This document shows, piece by piece, positions 43,801 through 51,500 of a stretch of 64,000 bases of DNA. How positions within the stretch are numbered: position 1 is the stretch's first letter; the number at the start of each line of letters is the position of its first letter. The stretch comes from a virus. Under the pieces are notes generated by a model that was not told the DNA's origin, searched no databases, and saw only the letters and a list, made by a program, of their open reading frames with translations. A program made the translations under genes and the position numbers. The stretch lies in IMG/VR virus record IMGVR_UViG_3300042691_050360, positions 102,523 through 166,522 of that record; one strand, written 5' to 3'.

Positions 43801-44429
43801 CAAATGGCAATCCAATAACAGCTCTAGATTCAATCTGTGATTGGCAGTTCCCAAATCTTAAGTATCTATTCGCTGGAACGAGTAATGGTCAAATTTATTG
43901 TTATCAGGGTGATGGAGATCCGCTTGATACATACATACAGTCTCAGCTTTCGATAGCACAGTCTCCTGTGTTGCTCAACACATTAACACTTCCTGCGTTA
44001 TTTGGGTATGCAAAAGATATTCAGAATTTTATTGCTGGCGTAGTGATGGTGTCCACCTCGACAAATAAATTGGTCTTTATCAGGATTCAAGATCTGAGTA
44101 TAATTGGCTACATATCGGTGCCAGGCGTGATCACTTCTATGACATCAACAGTTAATTCAGAGAATGCTCAATTGCCGGTCTCATTATTAACTGACACTCC
44201 TGTTGCGTGTGTTACTGCACTCGCGGGCGGGGTTGTCACTCCTTACGAGTATTATGCCACTGCAATACAAAATTATGAAATGAGCCTGGACTACGCAAAT
44301 ATTGCTGGTGCCTATCAGACTGTTACAATTGACGGAACTGTAGTTGGTGCACCTATGACGAGCATTGTAGATATCTCAACAAATGACACATTCACAATCA
44401 TCGTTGATTCTTCCAATCCAGCAATATAA
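31818..44429 (+). CDS. giant multidomain virion protein (4203 aa) with RCC1-like repeats, Ig-like domains and GxGY repeats
   Basis: RCC1-like ASGYHHNLALDSKGEVFSIGLNTYNQLG; repeated ITNPGFGYT...P.V.I...G.GA; discoidin-like YSIEVSSDFINW...CRYARIRI. Confidence 0.8.
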   Translation: MSWNLKIIPRGLLLSKYVKNIVLVNPDSIKDVDRNSLISDQYQTFNQASNTANIVFQLALFNNDPQNESSAPGISGINYIQISNDPEFNDVYTAAPIKFSSEYNLNTNYSVDLNSYITPSTTLPTLQSITFTTQSGIGNINVLNWPLSGSSGAKKVYIAVNVTLSNGDTATYPQGLDIFDEITVCSSIIASPNTPEAINATVDNFAGSPLYYEADSASNAGTTNNDDSGVASYFWDGLILNSTSNLARNNYSQEGLQLFKTADVLSAQKNQENLPISFSTSSVQPSWSSSFYRTYRSATPFKISATDNIYFFEAFVNNNQNTLNYISGSSFFYEFNISSSTGATKYLRQQLAFDNTFKTVTVYTSVDDTSWSSDPSNVPSAFSNTVVITNPDIVAQITGAGIFTTLVELLSSSGGIYQAKLIFKPQNSKNNIVVSESFFSSSLLNTSVNIYGEFRFYIQNATYNVILESTQYGICRGTISAAVMPNDKINTNYSLPVENNTASFYDSQSLNTWFTLNNSPSSGVTNNATVSGFPTVQFYNNQENDSENNISATEIQSSIPTFSNEVTLTASFNLPTTNPKIINTAYSFDSNLDFEDFIFDDLLKTSAGVTLPQSNSKYNYYAAISYSGSNNLELNVFDVGTGQTCSITTSATSNLFFYSQENNTGNLTPPLVVRSVGNLSTSATFSAWIGTSEPFNYSTSALITNLITVQNQGNVPISINTGVGLGINTVAPGEPYVTKLSSITASSPNTFIILSNNSAITSGVNFLYDFGQQGTITELNFTVQIVTPPECPSSLPSFKYSIEVSSDFINWSYVSPASATDVFSPTTGNVKLTFALNQTNCRYARIRIYYDVAVTFDPRNTYRYSSLSGTQTPNSLAANTGKFILGFTDTSAKNSSLGQLYNQPTYMRQFYTNSSTYASVIFDFSDYQNDIAGPVYLSLLTNNGEERFHTVNSGFNLGLTNTHVVTLSVSRKGVNDAFYLQPRVTLAVNNSSTPLVFELDDVLSEPGDTQDLIFGYYPFFSLVGNGNIYLRSSVIKGTYNASLDYSKNKTYFSLFSSENSDYTASYGKNILRQNTYDISTFDYPLVNTFFQYNTIKGFYYENVTFTVRAVITSPSGLFGPAYTDGVYLQACDYVLLAGQLDKSSNGVYQVQARQWVKKKANPSGSGKAEPTVLVSEGNVFGDTLWMQDVISTEWLSNTIACPFVLDNNTLLNTGISSIYKYPQFIKLGVGVKAISQISSLNQVRLKLLNSPAGYVRETDLATQWNSVFQNGELYNLQEKSNSNNTIFMNFAISSSQISGISTSLLPSTYNMLVSFSGNFAPAITNNSDFILPDYGSSYRLFTNPELIYQLFSTYESITLSAASTSIVNTSVYGLSVSNIKTPQTGFSTDVVLDDTAPVVGILSKAVDNAKSVYMSISTAVDTGAGLSIARIIQKNPAGETLYGSWFGFNTNSFSGISSVVAYPSFVANQFGVTTGEPLSGYYRYSLQVADRVGNISQTNSVESFYYESALVDTQGPSAAVNFVNSDTFSPISFTTSSIITTQLLAQDSLSDVKAFRYRILPSGDFGNWLDYNEFAQVFLPESIEDGILSVQFQFKDYGNNVLYSTATISGEQVYIYTWNMVSKLIANVLFTVIESTIFNDNPVLIIGASKSDQATLYVWDNSKLIELTYPGLLGCKAITAMLAVDGKVIIATENGRTFVYENGIMTGPFASFTWGGTTLSISKFETHKYPEESISYVYATTLNIPRIYRTPVDNLKNLSWQVVQTPPISVDRIDVLNSGLWSGTGFSYSISSSYQAATLTPGLLYGISSVIVTNSGSNINSIPTITVGGPMTGVGLSPVLQGYISKLNLLSGGIGYTAGATVTIQAPAAGGVQATGIAITNSNGTITSVRLNSGGQGYGYTNTNPLVTISGNLGVGSQATASSSTQFDSIYSINVTSAGIGTTSSITLSSPGGAVLTPSFLYRVNQLNITSPGFGYTNSPSVLVNGLSTIASATAEYGSIQSVTVIGSAATFPATLAPDIQLSGGVATNWVGAFSTSSISFSTGALNTFPGFVLSQVSVSESGFGLGVVPSISFSTSPIYNPEFKFILSDDITLYSASGSIYDIKSFDNKLFFTSSTNGIVKLGLSSGIFSATQIELNTSANNFNALSPYQLSSYNSGLGTNLFFSISGQPLIGRVDKSNKEYVFQSYKDNILIFKPYNFDILSNWQLKKIISTNGVGTVSHGSSADSLLIYSQNAQVFYESTKDNTWFNRCQTSSNYMVTLNFEAIEGTQSLEISTFDTTLKAAFTFVPVINTGIGTTNNAGQNNLASYDVDVNSLVISYGNQSYQQIIIDAKDIYSITFVKSANNLFVYNDQDLIAQQNNFFTSIGVSPIIKFGTIFEPTTLIANNQSINTFGVPETINTSNFIWKQIKFSFNIENIDLGSDNYSLSIPYVVPNSAAVRVLKTIDNNLYAVTKSLNDSRFTSMLPDVGSKVFRMGSDIWTDVTGNFETYNSGDSTSYIITSPNDIGNLNKSFFITGVTKTIQSRSEIGNILAGLSTSIVYEQAENATLVIIFPRNANPSGQSVLVSSSNSLIYVPGSVYFPSDVFSKVISVGVGSTANATSAIISVTDGISTSQSPITVFPIGISSIGLNTSSFVAYSDDQVIANIQLNAITQSPVTINLNSTDSSRLRSPLGIVTVPAGSIGIITSLSVGLTTSIQKNISIIASYRSTSGIATITALPFSFSFSVNNRNFVGNQGVTTIGATASINRSPIGVLTVNLNSTGQTILGAPTSAYIYPSTFSTSQVLSVGSAVTQNTNIFITALIPGSVSTSLSTAAPFIISSAVSDLPTPVFGLQTATVTFTINSAPLSNLLIRNIVTSTTMLNTVFPSFSTIFAGSSTTSFGVSTGLQYGQGLAITVQGAPLGFNTSPTPALTMLNDRWRVTNLIVSPNNIVGGSAYADGSVQQFGVTATLNVGLATTVYISSSSTRVDTRNISFGTSGTGAATSTGYSTGLSTTAITGFAITAVGPYGITTTVTGLTLNPFLISSFSTSYIWNGVATQSPAYIVGGIGATAVATITLNAYVLTGLQTVLYSTIGTFITRPGFATLGVSSILIGSNSTSIFLTSLRVPSSFTTSVTARLVGDGISTAFINVQPIPSYFAVFDPIVSGSASRLYLFPSAPLPISQGVAVTYSNGVTGNISLNANVTGIATEIPFRSFGLSTTFKAEVQTLGITQTYYVTGYNTSGNAFSVGYNYYGELSKNYPVIGPLIGSADRVYMGLSSVLKTASGYHHNLALDSKGEVFSIGLNTYNQLGYLGASTNIFYQVGLPTTFKVRDIFAQRNSSYVITADNNLYAWGGNNLYALGTSTISISTSMPRLVDTNVQLFSAYEDNAAYVTFNNQTGIQSVFQFGAGRTIVTGFAITQLAIFGSSRPISNLIISVLDQGPNHTVAGGTWTDTATGLSSNGVFAWGANSFYQTGFTSTLGVSTVPNILIGFNTFNQKALIPYNQHIIADYNFSLVEGAYTPTNQSYVSQVQMQTLGIGYTAAPLITFSSPPNSIIAVTAIGTATLNNLGQVRSTTVLAQGSGYVSGAGVTFSDPTGITSNPVTALGTAIVSGNQVVNIHITNPGFGYTSPPLVIISPVSGGGGAIGIASIVQGQITGIIITNPGFGYTQSAVVTIGTSAGTHIGSGATALVELASSSVPVTNFTIVGAAISSNSSGFGLGFAATNVGRTLSANTPDINLTKIIKNPLHYYWLNANGTAIASGGAIPSVNFVPASISNSLVYLFPANNSGLENSELYSYVPSIIGQVNGLYTYRVFGNDFVGTTLQPLNFSLQPHSFIGAYTIDSFGGFAASVDTGNYLNVFYHDTENEVSESWIQAAQLPGFVDMTLAQADVTQVDPRAKRIYVTTLQGSATNTTISIYIGNVITETQSQNFNTSPVQVFVARGNPTKIASAYISHYRGEYFTHNGVTYDWVKSDVNITIGYQDGTIELYGNATHYTVDGGIVLISSWSPNGNPITALDSICDWQFPNLKYLFAGTSNGQIYCYQGDGDPLDTYIQSQLSIAQSPVLLNTLTLPALFGYAKDIQNFIAGVVMVSTSTNKLVFIRIQDLSIIGYISVPGVITSMTSTVNSENAQLPVSLLTDTPVACVTALAGGVVTPYEYYATAIQNYEMSLDYANIAGAYQTVTIDGTVVGAPMTSIVDISTNDTFTIIVDSSNPAI

Positions 44430-44468
44430 TCTAGGCAAACAGGTCATTAATCGAGAAAAATAGATTGA

Positions 44469-47400
44469 ATGCTTACCGCCTCAGTGTCAAACACAAATTT
44501 GCTCATATTTTCATCAGCTGTTATTACAGGTGTAAATACAAATTTGTTCTATGTGTTTGACAACAATGTATTCAATACTATATCAACATATTCAATAAAT
44601 AACACTGTGTTGACCGCCACGCTTTCAAAATCTGTAAATATTGACGGGACTGTTAAGGTTAATTTGTATAGAGGTGGAATCACAACCACAGTGGGTGCCT
44701 ATGGAACATCGGTCATTTCTGTTACTAATTCCACTGTCTTTGAAGATAATACATCCCCTTCTTTGATGGAGATGATCGAGCAAAATAATTTCAACTTCAC
44801 AAGTTATGTTTTCTCAAACTTTATCACGGGGATAACATCTGACGCCAATTTCCCCACAGCAAATCTTACTCTTAAGAGAAGACCACCGACAGGAAAGGTT
44901 ACAATTAATGAGGGTTTTCTGGGGCCAATGCAAGTTCATAGGTTTGCGGCACTATCAAGCACGGTGTTTAATATTGCTCCGCTTTCTGGAGCTTCTCTAG
45001 CAAGATATTTTGCTTTTGATTTTAATGTTTTTGGCGACACAATAGTAAAGGAACTATCTATTTCAATTAACCCAACGAGTACCTTTAGCTCTACAGCAAA
45101 TGGTTATTTTACAATCAACCAAGATTATTTTGGTAATCCCTCACAGGTAGTTCTTGCTGAATCATCAGTGGTGAGTTTGGCAACAAGTAGTACCATTTAC
45201 AACTTCACTTTCGCATCGCCCGTAGCACTTAGCGAAGATCGTTACTGGTTTATATTCAATCCTTCAATCGGTTCTGAATTCGATTTAGGGAGGCCAATTT
45301 CGCTACCAGGTGCCCTAAGTGGTAATCTTTATACCACAACCCTGAAAGAGTCCGAGGATGGAGTTTTGTATACTAATCGGGCGAATTTTGGTGCCTCCTT
45401 CAGCTTAACAACAGAAAGAGGATTGGTAATACCCTCAGTAGACACCATCTATAACCAGCTTGATGAACCGCAAAACATACCTGTTGTTTATGGCGATCAA
45501 ACCAACTTAAATGTTTACACTCAGCTTGCTGTCCCAGTTACCTCTCATTATATTCAGAAAAGCATCTTAGATAATCAAACTCAGGTTTATGCTGTTGAAA
45601 CTTTAATAGACTCAACGGGGCAGAATCATTTTGATGTTAAGGGTGTTATCAAGACTGCCACAGAAACATACTATTCAATGATAGCAAACAATCTCACATC
45701 AAATGTGGTGAGATTTGATTTTTATAGTCCAAAGAGCCTTACTGGTTTAAGACTTGAGAGTCTTGGCGATTACTATACAAAGGGAAGTCAGGGTAAGATT
45801 CTTCTTTCAGCAACAGACTTTATGGGGATTAGTACCGTGCAAGTTTCTACTTCCCCGGAGTTTCCAGAAAGTGGAACTACAACCATTACCCTGCCCACTC
45901 CATTACAAAAATATATAGATAATGTAGACTATAATTTTGGGGATTTGGGTAAAAAATTCAGCACCATTGAGAGCTCTGTTGGATATCCTATTAAGAGAAT
46001 CTTCGCTGTTGTTGTTAACGGAATTTCAAGTTATCTTATAGTTTCTGAGAGCACTCTCGGCGTTTACTCAAATGGCATTTTTAGCACAGTATTTACTCTT
46101 TCTGATTCAGTATTTACAAGCTCTACCGTTGGCACAAATGGAATTCTTTTAACAGATACACTCGGCAAAATTTACAATTTCTCAGACAATCTTGTAACTA
46201 TTATTGGAACCGTGGTAAACATCCCCACAGCATCTGCAACACAATTAACGAGCAGTTTTATAGGAGTGTCTACGCTCATGGATAATAGCTCCGCCCAGGC
46301 AAGAAAAAGAATTTATAAACTCAGTGATGGTGTTTTGGCTCACCAAACCTGGTCTACACAAATTCCTGAAACACAGATCACGTTTATTTATAACACTTCG
46401 ATTGGATTGGTGATTGGATCTTACGATCAGGTTAAATTGGTTGGCAAGCTTTACATCTATAACAACTCAATCTTAACTGTGCTTTATGCCACTTATTTAA
46501 GACCGGATACAGCATATTTTTCAAGTTCAACAAATAGACTTTACGTTGCTTTTGCTGGCTCTATGTTGCTTTACTCTGCAGTTACCAATAGCAAACTTGG
46601 ATCATTCTTGGATACAGGTGTTGCCCTAGCCGGGGATGTTGTTACCGAAATTACAGCAACCAAAGCCTCAAATTCGATAATAGCTGTTACTAATTATTCT
46701 AGTTATATTTTTAATGAAACTAATTTTGTCACAACTCAATTATCCCTTCCGGGGTACACAGCAGATGATCAACAGGGGCTTTTGGTTTCTATTGAGACTG
46801 AGGATTTACAGCTTTCTAGAAATCTTTCAACAAAGATAACGCAATCTTATTCCAATATTAATTTTGACCCACTCCTAAATGGATTTAATTCATCTTTCGT
46901 ATATAGTGCAAAAGGGTATATCGTTTTCGCCGGAGTTAGCACTGGAATTTCCACGAGCTTCTACATTCAATATCCAGCCAATTCTCTGATAGTTAGTGCG
47001 ACACTTGAGGGGCAAAACATTTCTCTGGAAAATGATGCTTTTTCCTCAACATTCCAGCCCGATGTTCCAAAAGAATTTTCAGTTTCGATCAGGGGCATAG
47101 GAATTACGGGTATTGGAACAATAGCTCTTTACAATGGAGTATCAACATTCTCCCCAATTGTTGGAGTGGCAAGTTTTGTGGCACCAAAAACTATGAATTG
47201 GTACTACAGAACTGGCGGCACTCTGGACGTTTTTGGATTTGCTGATGGCTCACTAAGAGAGGCTAATACCACTGAGCTTTCCTCAAACGAATATAAAGTA
47301 TACGCGAGATTTACAGATATAAATGGCCTTACCACTTATGAGGAGCAATACGCAACTGACAACATTTATAATCAGATACAACAGCAGAAAAATAACCAAG

Positions 47401-48524
47401 CCTTGCCATCCGGTAGAATTCTCGAAATAAATCCCTTTATTGTGTCAAGTAATGTTACGCAATATGTGCCACCAGAGGGCAAGAATGACTTTATCTACTC
47501 AGGAACTAAAATTGTAAGAGAGAACGGGGTTTTTGAGTCTGACCCATATTACGCATCAGATGTTGTGGCCTGGAATCAAATTCAAGTTCTAGCTTTGATA
47601 CCAGGGGCTGTAAGTGAGGGCGAGCATGGCACGTCTGTTACATTGTTTGTTAAAACCGCTTCTAGCCTTGCTGATCTAAATGCGAGAATTTATACTAATT
47701 CTTATCAAGTGAGCACGATCAATAATGGCAATGATTACTCTGCTTCCGTTACTTCAATTTTAGCCAATATTCAAAGCTTGTCAGGAAAGTGGATTCAGTT
47801 TAAGTTAATTCTGACATCTGCTTCTGAGAACTTAACTCCAACGGTTAGAAGTGTGCTTCTAACCTACACTGGAGCTGGAAAATCTGTTTTTGTTACAAAG
47901 ACATTTGATACATCGATTCAATCAACTATAGATCCGTCTCCTCTTATTCGTCGAGGGATTCTCACTGCTAATTTTGTGGCGAATGGCGGAGAGATTGTGT
48001 TTGGTTATACCACAGATCCAAATGATGGTAACCCACTAAACTACACCGTAATCACACCTAATCAGATTTTCACATTACCCGCTCCATCTAGTACAATTAA
48101 GTTTGGTGTAATTCTGAAAACTGCAACTAGCGATCCTTGCTTCTTCGACGAATTTGGCGTCCAGTTAGACCTTGGCCCCAATGACGTTTACTTTATGCCA
48201 CCACAGCCCGCTTTTGAAATACAGCCTTACAGCAATCCTGTAACAGGACTTGCTATAACAGGAGCTTACCAGTTCGTAAATAAAACAATTGGAATAGTCT
48301 CCTCTTACAACTGGACTTTCGGAACGACCTTCCCACTGGGTATTATAACATACTATCCTGCCAATGAAGATCCAACTGAAGGGCCAGCTGCAAACAGGCT
48401 GAATCCTATAGTTGGGTTTGCAAATACTGGGCCATTTACGATAGGATTATTTGTTACTGGCTGGGTGCAAAGTAATGTCTTCTATAACTCAGAACTATAT
48501 ACTAAGTCCTTTATTGCAACCTAA
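44469..48524 (+). CDS. large virion structural protein (1351 aa)
   Basis: Contains GKWIQFKLILTS...TPTVRSV, propeller-like segments and a PKD-like C-terminus (YQFVNKTIG..SYNWTFG). Confidence 0.75.
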   Translation: MLTASVSNTNLLIFSSAVITGVNTNLFYVFDNNVFNTISTYSINNTVLTATLSKSVNIDGTVKVNLYRGGITTTVGAYGTSVISVTNSTVFEDNTSPSLMEMIEQNNFNFTSYVFSNFITGITSDANFPTANLTLKRRPPTGKVTINEGFLGPMQVHRFAALSSTVFNIAPLSGASLARYFAFDFNVFGDTIVKELSISINPTSTFSSTANGYFTINQDYFGNPSQVVLAESSVVSLATSSTIYNFTFASPVALSEDRYWFIFNPSIGSEFDLGRPISLPGALSGNLYTTTLKESEDGVLYTNRANFGASFSLTTERGLVIPSVDTIYNQLDEPQNIPVVYGDQTNLNVYTQLAVPVTSHYIQKSILDNQTQVYAVETLIDSTGQNHFDVKGVIKTATETYYSMIANNLTSNVVRFDFYSPKSLTGLRLESLGDYYTKGSQGKILLSATDFMGISTVQVSTSPEFPESGTTTITLPTPLQKYIDNVDYNFGDLGKKFSTIESSVGYPIKRIFAVVVNGISSYLIVSESTLGVYSNGIFSTVFTLSDSVFTSSTVGTNGILLTDTLGKIYNFSDNLVTIIGTVVNIPTASATQLTSSFIGVSTLMDNSSAQARKRIYKLSDGVLAHQTWSTQIPETQITFIYNTSIGLVIGSYDQVKLVGKLYIYNNSILTVLYATYLRPDTAYFSSSTNRLYVAFAGSMLLYSAVTNSKLGSFLDTGVALAGDVVTEITATKASNSIIAVTNYSSYIFNETNFVTTQLSLPGYTADDQQGLLVSIETEDLQLSRNLSTKITQSYSNINFDPLLNGFNSSFVYSAKGYIVFAGVSTGISTSFYIQYPANSLIVSATLEGQNISLENDAFSSTFQPDVPKEFSVSIRGIGITGIGTIALYNGVSTFSPIVGVASFVAPKTMNWYYRTGGTLDVFGFADGSLREANTTELSSNEYKVYARFTDINGLTTYEEQYATDNIYNQIQQQKNNQALPSGRILEINPFIVSSNVTQYVPPEGKNDFIYSGTKIVRENGVFESDPYYASDVVAWNQIQVLALIPGAVSEGEHGTSVTLFVKTASSLADLNARIYTNSYQVSTINNGNDYSASVTSILANIQSLSGKWIQFKLILTSASENLTPTVRSVLLTYTGAGKSVFVTKTFDTSIQSTIDPSPLIRRGILTANFVANGGEIVFGYTTDPNDGNPLNYTVITPNQIFTLPAPSSTIKFGVILKTATSDPCFFDEFGVQLDLGPNDVYFMPPQPAFEIQPYSNPVTGLAITGAYQFVNKTIGIVSSYNWTFGTTFPLGIITYYPANEDPTEGPAANRLNPIVGFANTGPFTIGLFVTGWVQSNVFYNSELYTKSFIAT

Positions 48525-51500
48525 TGTCCAAGTTAACCCCGATCTATAACTTTTTGTATCTTGAAGATGGAGATATCATTTATCCAGGCTATGACCAGGA
48601 TAATATGACCACTGCAGAAAATCAAATTTTCGGAATGTATGACTATCTTGGTCAGGGTGTCATTTCGGGATGGACGATTCATTGGATGGGTTGCACCACC
48701 GACGCATATGTATTGCAACAACGTCAGGCTTTAATTGATGCATATAGAACAGATCCTTTTTCTTATTTAGCCCTTCAATATCAATCTCTTGATTACCCCG
48801 TGACAGAAGATGACTGGAATCAGTGCATTGTGGTAAGCACGGGTCTTGGAATTGTTGGCGTCTATCATGCGGCAACCGAATACCCATCTTTCTTTAGATT
48901 TACTGCAACTGGTCAATTCTATGTATGGGCTGAAAAAAATGTTTGCACGAATACAGAATATCTGTGCTCCATCGTCGCACCTCAATATCCTGATGAAGAC
49001 TATGATTTAACTAATCCAGCGATATATCTTGGGGAAGTTTTCACTAACACGGTGAGCTCAAAAATCACTGTAACTCAAATTATCTATTCAGAGAGGAGAA
49101 GAGAACTTAAAAACGCCCAAGGAGACATACAAAGACTCCTTAATCAAGCCCTGGTTAATCACGTTCATTCTGGTGAAGGTGACATGCCTAGCAAGATTAA
49201 CCTCAACACCAATCTGACGATTAATATAAGTATTGTTGAATTCAGTAATACATTTACTATTGTTTACCCTTCTGGATTTTTAGCTTCAAATTATTCAATA
49301 CCTCAGGTGTTTTTGAATTCAACATTGCTTCTGCCTGAGCAGTATCAAATATCTGGAAATCTTATATATTTACAGAACAGCATTCCCATTTCGTCTACGC
49401 TTCAGATTGTGTATCAGATTGCACCTGGCCCGAATATTTTCATAACTGGAAGTCTTACTCCACCAAGAACCGCAAGAACATTGAGCTTTGATACGGTTTA
49501 CTACCTAACTAATGGTTCCACAAGAACACTGTCTGAAGATCAACAAGAATTTGTGGTTTGGTCTTGGAGCGATGAAGAGTATTCAAAAATTCAAGTGTAT
49601 TTAAATAGCGAAATACTAGATCCGACCACATACAATCTTTATCAAGTAAGTAACTCAATTAATAGCGGAGGGCGATTGCAATTTACTGGCCCGATTTTAC
49701 CATCTATCTCTAACTTTACTGAATTAGATATAGTTGTTAAATTCACTACCCCAAGCTTCCAGGTAGAAAATGAACTATCATCTGATAGAATTAAATCCAT
49801 TAATGCTTCTGCTTTTTCCCGAGGAACAGTTCCAACATCAAGATTGTCTGGATTGAGCCACCTGGGGCTTTTAAGAGTGGATGCTCCGGCGATCATAATT
49901 CCATATAAAAAGCTTTTAGACTCCGGGGATCATATTAGATTTTATCCAGAGATAGATAGCTTGATTCAACACTCTGATTATATTGTTCATGGCTCAGCAG
50001 TTCGATACATAAAGCTTGATGCCGCAGAATCCTCCACGCCTCCGAGAATTCTGGTATCCACTCCAAATGGCTTATACGCTACATCCGATTCCCCTGTTAA
50101 TTTTGAAAAAATAGTTCAACTACCTTGGAATTCAGATAATGGACTTGCTGATGTTTTCTCTGAAAATTATTTCGGGAATTTTATTACCTACAGGTTGCCT
50201 AACTTTGATACACAATCTTTAAACCCAAAAAACTTCTGGGCACTTAGTAAGTCGAAAAACCAATTCACTAATATTCTTTATATTTCTCAAGACTTTGGAA
50301 TTACTTATGCGAAAGTGAACTTGCCGTTTACGAGTGCCAATCAGATTGTGACTATAAATGATTTCATCTACACTGTTGATGTTTTTCAATTCACTACTGG
50401 TTCAGTTATTCTAACTCCCAGACTTGATGTAAGATATGTTTATTACATGGCTTGCACAGATGGCCTCTATACATCTACATTATCTAAAAATCAGAATAAA
50501 ACAAGACCAATATGGACTACTCCATCCAAGAATACAACAGACGCCGCAACTGGCTCAATAAATAAAATTTCTGAAGCTGTTAATGTAGGAACCACAACAA
50601 CAACTTATTCTGGCGGGTTGACGGAAAGAACTTACGTTAATTATAGAAACCTTTACGCGGCTTGTGATGAAGGCTTATTTGTTTTCGATGGAACAAACGG
50701 CTCAATCTTTTCAACAAATTCTACTGAGTACAATGTTGGTGGTGGTGCATTTAATTTTGTTTCTTGGTTAGGATTGGAAAGTTCATCCAATACCATCTTC
50801 GGTGTGATTTGGGGAGACGGTTACGGTATTTATTATTCTAATTCCGGTCAGCAAATTACAACATCTTCTTCTTCATCAAGTTCAACAACAACAACTGTTA
50901 CATATAATCAGCCGCTCACTAATGGCAACTCAAATCTTGTAACGGTGAATTGTGCCACATCGTCTCCTTTAGTTATTACAGATATTGTTACGTTTATAGA
51001 CAACCATCAATTAACGAACGGAGATTTAGTTCTTGTTAAGAATCAAGAGCAACCTAGCGAAAATGGTATCTATATTTGGTCTGTTGCCACACAAACTCTT
51101 CTGAAACAAAGCACCGGCTCCAGTAAAGTTTACGTTTTGAATGGCAATCAATCTGAAACAGAATGGATTGAAATTCAGCCACCGCAGGAAAACCCACAAT
51201 CAAGAGAGTATAAATTGTGGTTTGCAAATATAATACCACTAGAAGCTGGTGATAATATTGTTGACACCAAGCCCAATAATTCTGGTCGATCTGGTTATGA
51301 TAGCTCATTCTTTGTATGCACCACTAAATACATTTATAGAGTTTTTAATTCATCTGCTTCCGGCTATTTGCCGTTAGTAGAGCAAATCAACTGGGATTAT
51401 GAAAATAATGGACTTATCACGGGCATCCAACATCTCGGAGTATCTGATCCAGAAAACGGACTCCTCATCGTTTTCACCGAAAATGGTATTTTCAAATCCA

